NCBI GenBank assembly: GCA_040954595.2 | Contig: CM082587.2 | Span: 4,482,093 to 4,546,092, forward strand | Length of the DNA: 64,000 bases | DNA from: Balanoglossus misakiensis | Taxonomy: Eukaryota > Animalia > Hemichordata | Direction of reading: 5' to 3' | Part shown: positions 12,601 to 25,292 of the stretch, piece after piece | Numbering within the stretch: position 1 is the first letter of the stretch | Layout: each line of letters opens with the position of its first letter | Translations under genes and position numbers: made by a program | The notes under the pieces: model-generated | The model's input: only the letters and a program-made list of their open reading frames with translations | What the model was told of the DNA's origin: nothing | Databases searched by the model: none

Positions 12601-15600
12601 TCTACGCTAAGTGAAATTCTACCCCAGAGACTCTGCATATTCATGCCCGAGCATCACAGCACCAGAAATCTACAGAGAAATTATTATTTCAAAAAGTAGG
12701 TCACATCTACTGTAGAAAGGTGAAACTTAACACAACATCAAACAAAGTCTTGACATTAAATTGGTACGTGTCTGATTTCATCCTGTAGCCGAGGGCCAAT
12801 CGAGCGCAAATCATTACTTTGCATTTTAAATATAGAAGTATTCCTACGTCATGGAGGTTATTTTTACTGGTGTCATGATGCTCTGTGGTTAATTCGATTT
12901 CCACTATCACACTGTACGTATATAGATTCATAGATCGTCTAAACCTCCAGTCATGGGCTTGTAATTTTCACAGGCGGTAAAGCCCTCACTGAAGCTCCAT
13001 AAAATTAAAATTTACGACTATGATATAAAGTCGTAAACATTGGACAATCATTTCTACAGAGATTCTAGTGCGTTATGACATACTAGGTGACATTATTATG
13101 ACTATTTTGTCATCTGGTGATTGACGCACAGCAATGTTGTTAAATTAACAACCGTTACTGTACATGTTCCATCTGACTTCCGCAGGGAGTTTCTGCTCTT
13201 ATGGATAATTAGATGAAACAAATTGATCTGATGGATATACCTTGTCCACATGTAGGTAGCTGCTGTTTCATATATTAAAATTTCACCGGTAATTTCTTCT
13301 CCTTAGCTTGACAAAATTGCATTCATTAACTTGGTAATTTAGTTCACCAGTCCTTCTGGGCATGACTAACTGTGATTAGTTAAATTTCCATTTCTCCAAT
13401 TTTTCTACTTCTCCTTTTGTGAAAAATGAACTTATTTAGGTTTTGTGTGTGTATGAAGAGCTTTAAACCACAGAAAAACCTCTGAAATGATTTCTGTTCC
13501 ACACAAAACTCAAATATGTCCACACTGATGAAAAATTTCTCATGAGTTGCTCCATCTGAGAAAGGTTTATGAATACCCTGATTTACTTTTTTGTGTTGGG
13601 GGTGCAATGACACCAAGATAGAGAGCAACACACGCATCCAAGTGACTACCGTTATCTCCCGTTTTCCAACCCAACATTGTTGAAATACTAATGAGTTAGT
13701 TTTATCTGTATATGCCACGTTGCCTCCGGACTCGACAAAATGCGTCAGCAACGTACTACGTTGCCGCAATGTTATCACACGACAGATGATGAAAATATTA
13801 GACTCCCCATGCAAGTACGTGCAATGGAGAGCGATAGCCCATGCTTTTCAGGCTTATTTCCCCTGGGCGATAGCACCAGCCACAAAGAAAGACGTCATAT
13901 ACGCAAAATCCATATCGCATCGGCTTTGTCTGCCGAGCTCAAGCACACAAATTATATTAAGTTACCAGTTATATTTAACTGATGGAGTCAGAGTAATTTG
14001 AGTTTGAGCTAAATTTATGAAATTTCTGAGAGATCTGTCAAGTTGTAGTGATCGCGTGATAAAAATGTAATTTGAAATTAAGTACAGAAGGGAATTACAT
14101 CTATGTTATGCCTTGTTACTAATAGATATGATTAAACCCATTTACTTGATATATAAAGCGTGGTTGATTAATTTCAATGTTATGTACTAAAATTATTAAA
14201 AACGCCTTCTTTCCTGTGTATTAGGGGTCAGGGTTACAGATGTTCATGATAATGACATTTGACCCTTTGCATCCTGACCCACTAATGATCTTTAATTAAT
14301 GACATCATTGGGAAGTTTTCTTCCAATTTGGGTTCAAAGGGTTAACAAGGACATTGAGCCATATTTGCTTCTTTTCTGGCGAGGAAAAAAAAGCAAAGCA
14401 CCAAACAGGATGAACTGTACTTTAATTCTGCAAACAGGACAAAGAAAACTTTCATTCATAAATAGAGCAATTTTTAAGGGAGGACAAATTACTGAATAGA
14501 GTGTCTTTTTGTTAAGCTGACAATGTGGTAATAAATGTTTCTAGTTGTATGTTTTGTTGCTATAATCTGCTTACAGAATGAGTATAGAAATAAGCAAATG
14601 CGTTCACTTTTTAAAATGTTTTTTGTCGTCTAAAGCCTCTTAGAGAATTGCATTTAAGCAATTTCCTCTGCAGCTGTCAAGACCTTGATATCTTGTGATG
14701 GGTCAGAGGGCAAAGGTCACAAACAATTTTCCTGATGAAACAAGGTTGTCAGTCAATAGTATTTATTGATGAATTCACCCAGCCAAATCATTTTCTGGGG
14801 GTTTTAGTGAAAGTAATATCAGAAATGGTGATATAATCCCAGCAATATAATTTTTTTGATTAAAGAATACCATTAGAATGAATGTCGAGAGATTGAATAT
14901 TTTCTGACGAAAACCACTCAGTACCACTTATAATACTTGAGTATGTCACTTTCAAGAGCGACATATGTGAATGTCAACCAATTTTCCATATTAGCTCCAT
15001 TAAAGAATTACAGCTCTGGTGCACTGTGTCTGTGGACGAGCAAAGATCAGGACTGAAACGTGTCATTTCAGTGCTTTCTTTGGAAGCTGTTGTGTTTCGA
15101 TCAGTTGTATAAATGGACTTTAATTTTAAACATGGAAAGAGCAAGGCGTTCAAGTTTCAATTTGCAGGGATCGCAATCCATTTAACCAAATGACTGTGCT
15201 ACCCGTTTTACTAATCACTTGGGTTTCCATTCAATGATCATCATGAAATAAACTCTTTATTTAGTGAGATAATGAGATCATTTCTCCAGCAAGGCAGGTA
15301 TAATGTTAAGTTATCAAGTACAGTTCCTCTACAATTAATGTTTTCATTTCAAATGTCCGATCTGTGGATGTTTCAATATAGCTACAGCAGATATAGTAAA
15401 CACATCCAGAACATGACACAGTGTGAAATTAGCGTCACATGGTTTTTCCTCTGAGATATACAGACTAACTTTTCATAGTCTAACGCGTTTGACTTTTTTC
15501 ATGCATTCTAATGAATCCTGTCCAACAAGTGATCTCATTCTTGAAGTTGGAACCTTGTTAAAACAAACCTGCACTCTATTCATGAACAGCCCTGAAGGCA

Positions 15601-18600
15601 ACAGGAGATTTTCAGCTGCTGAAAAGATTATTGCCTTTGCGCTTGTACTTTAGGCATGGTTAGGTGAAGATATCAGATTGCAACATAGCAATTTCTTAAG
15701 TTTGAAAGGCGCTTCCAGCTACTGTAGATGCACGAAGTCAAGAAAGTGGGTCACTTGTAAGGTTCATGATTGAAAATATTCAACTTGTGCACCAAGCTTT
15801 TCCATGCCCACTTAGAAATTATGAATCAGGGATTTCTCATGAGAAAGAATGGCCCAAGTGAGTAGGTTAGACATTGAGCACTGTTTATTAGCCTCAACTA
15901 CCACAAGATGAGTACCTAGCTACGATTACTTTTTAAAGAGAGAGGCAATACAAAGATATTTGTTTTGTAGTGACATGATTAAAAGATGGATACACACAAA
16001 AAAATCACTGACAATTTGAACTTTCTAGTGAAAGTACAAAGGTGGAAATATTGATGAGAAATAACGATGATGAAACGGCATGCAGATACCAGTGTGTTTT
16101 CAGAAAAAGAACCTGTTCATCGCCTAGTTCATCATGCTTACAGCGCCATCTGCTGTATTGCATGCAAGTACAACCCACATAAAGCCTGCCTATCAATTCT
16201 CTTTGTGGCTGCACCCACTCTTCATTCTGCTTTGATCAATTGCTCTATCAATAAAAACTTCCTGTTGCAGATGTTTAGAATGAAAAATATTGATAACTGT
16301 CTCTTGTTGTGATGAACACGAGCTGAAAGAAAAACATGTGTTTTACAGCTTTTACAAAGCACTACCTGTAACTATGGTAATCCTGGTGTTCAAAGGAATC
16401 AAAATAACTAATGTGTTATGGTATGCAGGCATTACAGGCTGAATATGCAGCTATTGTTTGGATGGTTTCCAAGAAAACGGTTTGTTGCTGCTTAAGCTAG
16501 AAGTGGAGAGGCTATTATCCTTTGAAATATTCCCTGAGCACCTGCACCAAGCCACAGTAGCAGCATAATGTCTCTTTTTCACAAGATAACAATATGTTCA
16601 TATCACCGCCTCCAACTGACATCTGAGAAATTTACAGAGAGCATATACTTGGCAGCCATTTTTTGGGGTGCACCCCTAGATTTTTTACACTGAGATTTAC
16701 CTATCTACATTTCTTGTACATGTACAGATGTGGTAACAATTAGACATGCATCTCTTTAAATACCCAGTTCAGTAACATGATACAAATTTAGTTTGGAACT
16801 ATTGATCATGATAGTAATGTGAAAAGGCACCAGCTGTACTTCAGCTGTACTTAAGAGAACACAAATACTGCGAAGTAACGTCGAAAGATACAGCCATCCG
16901 TTCCTTGAAACATCATGCATATTTCAAAATATGACTCCACGCTTAAATCATCAGCCTGTGATTGCTTGCCTCGACCCTATGAATTTGAAAGTCTCTTGCA
17001 AATTTACATACATATCGAACAGTTCCGGTCTACCTATTGTACAGTGGAGACTTCGTGAGTTTGGTGAATGTGTGTTTAATCTATCCTTAGCGGGGATTTG
17101 GGTACCGTAGTAGCGTAATACAGCAGTTTGGATAATGTTATTACAGAGTCCCAGCAGAGCCACCTAGTCTCAACTGTCATTAAAACTAGTGAATAACAAG
17201 CAAGATGGGAATCACATTATACCTAGAATGCTTATTTCAGTCAGGTAATACCGGTACCAAATCTGCCCGTGGTAATCTTAGCAAGGAGCTTAATTTTTTT
17301 TTTTTTGCGAGTGGAAATGCAATCTTCATCTGGATTCGATAGCCGGTGTGGGACATGTATACTATACATGTACCTACCGGTACATTTTTTTTCTCATTAA
17401 TTAGTGAAATTTTGTGCAGATGTTGAATAAATATATCTCTCATCCGGTCAAAGCATTACGCAGACCTGGAATTTTGTGGCACTTTGAATTCATGTCACGG
17501 TAGATATACACTCGAAATTGATGCCTGATTTTGGATTAGCATATGTGATATTACATTTGATACATATTATTATCAGTCACCAGGGCTTATTATAAAAGGT
17601 TACCTGATGGCTAATAAACAAATGTAGAATACTGAACATTAAGGTGGTATTAGTGCCTCGCAAATTGAGATCTTAAGCTTTTCTCATAAAGGCATGCAAA
17701 TTTGGATTGATAGCAGTCAGTTTTTAATGATGTACATGTATCTCCTGACAAGAGGTAGGGCACCATTTATAACAGTCACAGCTGCAAGTGTTGCCATGGT
17801 AAACAAAGGGGGAAAGGAGTGTAGGGGGAAGGGGCCCGTATACTAACATATCCAGCATGGAGAACACAGCTGTGTGATTGTTTGTTTATTTTCTAGAAGT
17901 GGCTGACGCACCCACATGATTCTGCCAAGCCCCAGAGAGACGCTGTGTTAAAGTAAATATTTTCATTTAGGAACAGCAGTGCGACATTCTTCCGCACATT
18001 TTGCACATCTGTAACTCAAGGACAAGCAAAGTGGGACACGGGAGCAAAAGGTGAAAAAAACTGGACAAACACAGATGCGCCTGAAGTCTTGCAGGAAACT
18101 CGCATGATTAATTAGATTTGTCGGTGGTTTGAGCAGAAGTGGCAGTGATTAGATCTAGTGCAGTTGTAGTGCCCCAGCAAAATTCCTCTGTCTGTATTAT
18201 GTGCAGTAAAATTGTGTGCATGTCCTTACACAAAGAAATCATCAAGTGTGATGGGTTCGATGAAATCAACTTTGTCCTGAAAAAAATGTTAGTTTCTACC
18301 AAAACAAACACAGAGCAATTGTCTTTTAACTTCATGTAGTGTGGAAGTTGTACTTCCTATCTTAGAAAATGTCATTTATGATGGGTAGATCCTATTACCC
18401 ACAGTGTGCGAGGTGATTAAAGGGATAATCTTGTAATGTGTCGGCAAGCTTCCCGGTAGCTTTCCCAGCGAAATGCAACGGATGAGGATAGATTGATAAG
18501 GGGCAGATTTGATTTTTAATGAGTCCGAGGGAATTGTAGAGCTTTCCTCTCTGGCACCATGGGTATTATGGCTTGGGTCTTTCCGAATATAGAAGAAGGT

Positions 18601-21600
18601 TTGTTGACCACCCCACCCGTGGAAGCCTTCAAGTTGGTCGACCAACTGAGGGTTGTTGTCATCATCATATTGTCTGACATGCCTAGATGATGCGGCATGG
18701 AAATTCAGTGTTATTGCGCCAGATCCTGGCCCAGGAGAGACCAAGAATTCTGGTGGCTGAGAAGTCGTATACCCTGCAACATGCATTTGGGTTCTGGCAG
18801 CCTATTATCTCGTAAGAACGCGAATCAAATTGCTGCCTGGCAGGGATGTGGAGTCGGTGAGAAGAGGCTAATGATGATATTTGAAATCCTGTGTTGCCGT
18901 GGCAGCATGCATTACTTCGTCACCAGATTCGATTCTCCCGGTGGTCATGACGTAAGAAGGAAGGAAGCATCCAAATGAATATCAGTCAGTCAATCAGCAC
19001 CCTGTGTGAAGGATAAATTAGCAGTAATTTATCTTGCGCAATTTAATGGTCAATTAATGGTTTATTAAATATATCACTGTAATATTATGGGTGTTTGTGT
19101 TGCCAAGATTTCTGTGTTATGAATATTAAATTCTTACTGCCTGTAAGGAGGCACAACTGCGAGGAAAACATAGACCCTGTAGGTCTTATAAATTATATCA
19201 TTTGCTCTTGCGTGTAAAAAATATATTTAAAGATCATGTTAACTCAAAGCGGTCGGTTCAGCTGTGCTGCCAGGTATGTCTGCAGGATTGATAGCTATAC
19301 ATATCTGTAATGAATTCCTTTCTAAGTTATGGCCCTGTGTGTATTGCTTGGCGCTGCTGTAGTTTGTGTGTTGGCCAAGCTCGTTCTCCACTGACATGCT
19401 GTTTTCCGAGTGTGTGTGCATGGACATTAGAAACACTGCAGACCTTCAGGGAGAATTGATTCAATTAGCCCGTAAAACACAGAAGGGTTTAGAGGGAAAG
19501 GGCAGGTGTTGTTACATGGACCAGTTTGCAAATCTTGTTTTGAATGGTCACAGCTTCTTTTTGTCTTTTAAAATACATTGTCTTGCGTCAGTGTGTAGCA
19601 ATTAAACTAGATGATTGTCACAGGGATGAACTTATATGTTTACATGTACATATGCTTGAACTTTATGTATAAATGTATTTTTAAGCACATTACAAGCCCA
19701 AAATAAACTCTAATTGCAAGCAGTATAATCTTAACCCCATGATATTTCAAGTAGGCGGCACGATCTAATCCTACAACATCGTTTCAAAACTTTAATAAAA
19801 AGTAACCGACAGCGTCATGACCTCAGTAAAATTCTTCGGGTAATTTGCACTTTATGTCTGTCGTTCATGACCCCGATGTAATCAAATGCCACTGTTTTAA
19901 ATATAGCGCCAGTCCAGCATCTTGAGAGGTCAAGAGCGTTGTTGATGGCGACTGCAGCAGAGCTAGTGTTTCCACGGTAGCCGGCCCAGAATTCCATGTC
20001 AACCTTGTCTTGGTAATCAGATCAAAGATGGTCTCTGCAGATATCAAAAGAGAGGTGTGCAGTTTTCAACAGAATCAACATGCATGGCCCGCGTTTTTTC
20101 CTTTCTGGGTAAATTTGTTTAAGGTCAGTGGTCAAGAACTCGGTTAATTCGGGTGTGCCAGCTAGAGAGCGGAGTTCAAGTTGACCGACTATTAATAGCA
20201 AGGGCCCCCCTGGCTGCAGGTCATGGTAAATGTTGCTGCATTTCTCAGTCGTGTAGAACTAATCCCAGACTGCTGATCGATTCGGGAACGGATCAGGAGG
20301 ACAGCGATCATTACTTACATTGTACATTCCAAGCTGGTCATGTGACAGTCGGCTTTCAAGGTTGCCGAGGCTGATGATGTGAAGAACGAAGAACATGTCC
20401 CTCAATTAGGGACGCTCTTCTGTCAGTAAGAGATGAGCTCCACTTGTACCCATGGACTGGCGTCTTCAAATTCCCAAACTACAATTTTTTCCCAGAACAT
20501 TTGGCTTGTCCTTGCTCCTCTGTGGAAGGTCGATTATCCTTAAAAAGGAGGCTCGCTGATCCTCAGTGGCGACCTTCAAGGTTTTACCAGAAGGTTGCCA
20601 TGGCAACCCTTTTGATGCCATTTTTTTTTCTCAAGGATGTAAAGATGAAAGTGCATCCTTCAAGTGGTGAATGTTTAAAAAAAAGATGGTCATTGAAGGG
20701 CAATTGAACGATTCAACAGGTTCTTAGAAGAAGAAAAAATGGAGGCACCATTAGAGAATTGCTCCTTTCAAGAAGAAAACTACATTAACATAGCCTGTTG
20801 AATGTATGAGAAACATGTATCAGCTGTATGTCCCTAATTTCTGATCATTGATTCGAACTACTCAAGTATGCGAGGGACGTATATTTGTTTTTTTAAACGA
20901 GACAGTCATCTTGTAGTCTGCCCGACTGAACCCATATTTGTAAATGCTTTCTGCATGGCTACTTGAGAAACTTATAGGCCTTTGATTGGTGCGGCCCATT
21001 AAAAATCATTTCCTTTTATAATATGCAGTGCATAGAAAATTCTGATGGTTTAAGGGCATAGTACTGCAGTGACGTCTGACAATGGTCTATGCAACAAAGA
21101 TGACTCTCTGCAGCATGTTTAAATGCCAAGAATTCAGCATGTAAACAAAGTACTATATGTATTATAGGTCAATGTTATTGCTGATATTTAAATTTTAGTC
21201 TGTACACAAATTAAATTGTATCAACAATAACGTCGACTGCAATGACATTGTCAACATGTTGGTATAAGGAGAACAAAAAACTGTTACAGATGTACACAAT
21301 AAAAATGTTAAAACACTTGGTTAATGAGTGGACGGAGAAACTGTAGGTTTATTTTGCATGGACTTGATAAAGCTGTTTGTCTTTAGAATATGTATGTGTT
21401 GATATGCGGGGATCCAGAGACTACAGTGACCTGGCACATACAATTGTAGCATCAATCAATTAGCACTGATCTACATGTCTGGATTGGAAAACTGTACATG
21501 CTTCAGATCTCCATCATATATGATACCAAAATCCTTTAAGATGCCCATCATTTCATGGAAATTAAGGGAGAAGAAAAGGAAATCCCTGTGTGACCCTCAG

Positions 21601-22088
21601 TAGAAACAACAAATTTCCTGAGTGTGTCCCTGCAAAGGGAAAACCGATGGCCTAATGTGTGACATTGTTACCGTGATGACGTACATTCGTATCCAGCCGG
21701 TTGGATACATATGTACTCAATTCTGACTCACTGCTGTTGCCGACTGGATGGTGCTGTACTCGTAGTCATTGTCTGTACGCCTGCTCTCTTCTTCTCTGTG
21801 TGCGTCTCTCTCTCTTTCTCGTCTTGATCATCCATTTTGAGATGTGACAGCTACTGAAGCTCAGATTTTCTGCCGTCGTTCGTCACCATCGCCATGGTTG
21901 TGTCTTGAGATCTGTAAAAAAGTGATTCACTTCTTGCGTTGGTGCAGCAGAACCACAACGTGAACAAAACTCTCTCTCTCTCTGTTTCTCAGTGCAACTT
22001 GAAGACATTCTCGGTGAGTGCAAGTTTTCTTCGTATCAGTGACACACACAGTGGCTAACAAGATCAACTCACAGATCATACACAAGAA

Positions 22089-22200
22089 TTTAACCCCCTT
22101 TACCACTGCATGTGTAAGGGGGGTACTTATTAGCTATTGTTTTAACAGTGCAGTGAGGCTTGACCCATTACCACTTAAAAACAGGGTCAGGGGGTGTTTA
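22089..22200. mobile_element. Degenerate MITE-like element (TTAACCCC...GGGGTGTTTA)
   Basis: Left end TTAACCCCCTTTACCAC resembles the 50933 and 53659 termini; right end CAGGGGGTGTTTA; similar length. Confidence 0.35.
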
Positions 22201-25189
22201 GAACTGACAGAAGCTGTGCCACAGTATTTGCTCGGAGGCTTTTTAAGTTTACTTTAAATGCATTAGGATCAGCTTTGGGGATTGACGGGAGATTGATACA
22301 TGAGCTACTTGGAGATTGATTGTGTGTTATCCGTCATTCCTTAGTTTTAACTTCGAAGATACTTACAGCACACGGAATTGTATTTTGAAATGTTGGTGAT
22401 TTGACCACCATGAGGTACAATGTATATAGTTCTCTCATATAACGATTTTATAGGATGACTATTTGTTAGGGTGTCAGTGATTTGTGTGTGTATTACTGGA
22501 TGCTGTGTATTTGGGGCATCCACAGACCCAGACAAAAGTGTGCTGACCTCTTGGTGTTCATGGCAACAGCTCTAGATTTTGAGCCTAACATCATCCCATG
22601 AATTTCAGGCAGCTTCGTCAGACATCACCCTATAGGCCTCTTTAATACAATTTGTGTGAAAAATATTTTTCACTCGACAGGGGAAAAATCTGTACATTAA
22701 AAGAAGCATTTGAACAGTGACACTGCATGTGCCTTTGTGATGAGTTGTTGGAAATGAAGTCAATCAGTTTTAATGATGCATATATACCCCCATCCCCCTG
22801 GTTTACAGCAGGAATGGATGATCCCACATAAAACTCTGACTGGACTGAACCATTCTCAGGGAAGTGGGGAAGATGTGAGCTTTATACATAGTTTACCAGT
22901 AGTAGAAGTGAGGATTTTATCCCAATCGTGCTGCCCTTGGTTTTACAGTAGTACAGGGTTTTTTGTTTCTCAACTTTTCCGGCTGTTTTATGCAGACAGA
23001 CTATTCACTAGGGTTGGGGTGGTAACAGTGTTGTGTACATTTACTTTTCCCTGTCTTTTGGTTTTAATTATAATTTGAATCCAATCGATCTAGTTGCTCT
23101 CTACTATGCTAACAGATTGCTGAACAGTTAGCAACAAATAGCAAACATAGCAATTCACTTATTGAAAAAGATACACAGTGAATATTATGTTTGTGTAGAT
23201 GCGGGTAAAAGTTCAGTAAGCGTCACCACTTCCATAGCAACGGGTGATCCGGGTTAAAAAAAAACGAAGGTCACGACCGAGTAGAATCTTGGCGACATGT
23301 TGTGTGTACCTTCCTGCTGCGTTTGGCACTGTGTTCGGTGCTGTGTTTGCCACCGCTGAATTTATGCAATTATATATTTGGGTATAATCGTGAGGTGTCG
23401 ATTACAGATGAAGTGGATATTTGCTGACCCCGAGCGTGGTTATTACCAGCCTGCAAAGATTTTGTTCTCCATCTCGGGCAGACTTCACAGGAGATTAAGT
23501 AAAACCGTTCATGTGTGGATAAATTTGGACATTAAAAACAAATTGAAGGGAGCGGCCATTTTTCTCAGGATGGAGGGGTCGGGGGGGGACATTCTTTACT
23601 CTGCTGTGTTCTATAATATACAGTCACTGCGCCACCCCATGAATGTCTGCCATTGGTTAGTCCCAAGTTTCCATGGTAACTGTGACTAAAATTTGCATAG
23701 GTGACTAGATATATTTGTACCTTTGAGCAGTATCAATTCTGAACTGCCATATCTCAATGGATTTATCCAGTTTTAAGAAAGAAAGCGCAAGAGCCATACC
23801 ATGTTGTGTAGACTGGTGAAAAGGTTGCAGTATTTTTACCATACGAGAAAGATTAAAAACAGGAGTAAGAAACGGTCCATCAAAAGGTAAAAACTGAGTT
23901 TAACATTTTATTAAAAAATTACACTGATGATATTTCAGCTGTACCGGTAATTACTGTAGTTTCAGAACAATAATTTTCTGTCATATTTTAAAAAAAAGGG
24001 AAAATTAAAATTGATCCCCACAGGGTTGGAATGGTCAGTCCCTGAAATATGCCGGCTCCATCGGAGTGTTGCTAACTACGACATGTACATGAAACCAATA
24101 TATTTGCGGCTTATTGGACTCCCAAGGTGATCATACCAAAAAGATGACGTCTGGCTAGAGGTCAAAAGGTCACACTCAGCAGCAGTCGGCCATGTTATTA
24201 TAGCCAAGTCCAGACTAATATTGCGCATTATGGCGCATACCAAATGTATATATATATCTGAAACAGAAATGGGACATTAGAAGGGGTTTAATCATTTCAA
24301 TAAAAGCAGGCTTAGGTCATTCATAAATCTTATTCTTAAATTCATAATAAAAATTGGGGATTGTCACTGAGCAAAATTTAGCATGAGAGAGTAAATTGTC
24401 TCAAATTTGAAATTCAAAATGGCCACCATCTCTTAAATAAGAGAATAAGATGGGAGGTTTGGAGGACGGCCAGGATGCATAGAAACCTCCCAGACGTTTC
24501 TCCTCAGCAAAGATTTATAATTGCCTCTTTTAAGCGCTGTAACAGCATGCCCACTTTAGAGCAACCATCAAACGGTAATTATGGCTGAGTGGGGTCACTG
24601 GTCTTTTTTACACAGGTACATGTATACATGTGCACTGCCAGTTTGGCCGTAGAAGCCTGGCGATGATTATAAGAGTAGGGAAATTCATCAGACATGTCTC
24701 AGATAAGTCCGAGAAAATTCTGGTTCATGTCCCAAGCTTTGAAAAGTGCAGTAATCTTGGCAGGTGGCTTTGCTAATGTAACATACTGTGCGTGTGTGTG
24801 TGCATGCGCTCAGAATTTCTAAAATTCTCATCTCCTAATACATAATCAGCATACATGTACATGTGTGATATGAGCCATCACTATAATAAGCCTGAGCGTT
24901 TGCTGCACTATTTTTGTGCGGTGTTTATTGCCACTAACTTTCCCTTTATTCGGGGATTTCTCCATGCCAGGTGGATGGAATGAGATCCTGCATTACAATG
25001 CATTGGTCTCACTCATTGTGGTTGTCTGTGTCTGTACATGTATGTGGATGGACTGGTACAGTGCCAAGTCTCCAGGTGGTAATTTGTCATCTTGATGGAT
25101 GCCTGTATTGATAGATGTCTCTATAATGATGTTATGGATATCCCTGATCCCTGGCAGGTCATCGCTTCTGCCGTCGTCATTTGCTGTAA

Positions 25190-25292
25190 TGCAGTGAAAT
25201 CTGTCTCAACCTAACCCTGTCTAATCTGGAAACCTGTCTATACTGAACAACCAGCTTGTACAGTCCCTAGCTCTCACATAGAACCACATGTT
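25190..25292 (+). repeat. Dispersed repeat copy A (Tc1/mariner-type MITE-like end)
   Basis: CCTGTCTAATCTGGAAACCTGTCTATACTGAAC (25216-25248) matches the reverse complement of about 40664-40696 with one mismatch. Similarity continues (AGTCCCT, AACCACATGTT). Confidence 0.7.

Noticed and set aside
13380-14001. Overlapping 80-144 aa ORFs in a CpG-richer patch
   Set aside because: No protein motifs; more likely a decayed repeat or regulatory sequence.
18376-18786. 136-aa minus-strand ORF (MHVAGYTTSQPPEF...)
   Set aside because: No recognisable domain, no partner exons, and an in-frame stop just upstream; length is compatible with chance.
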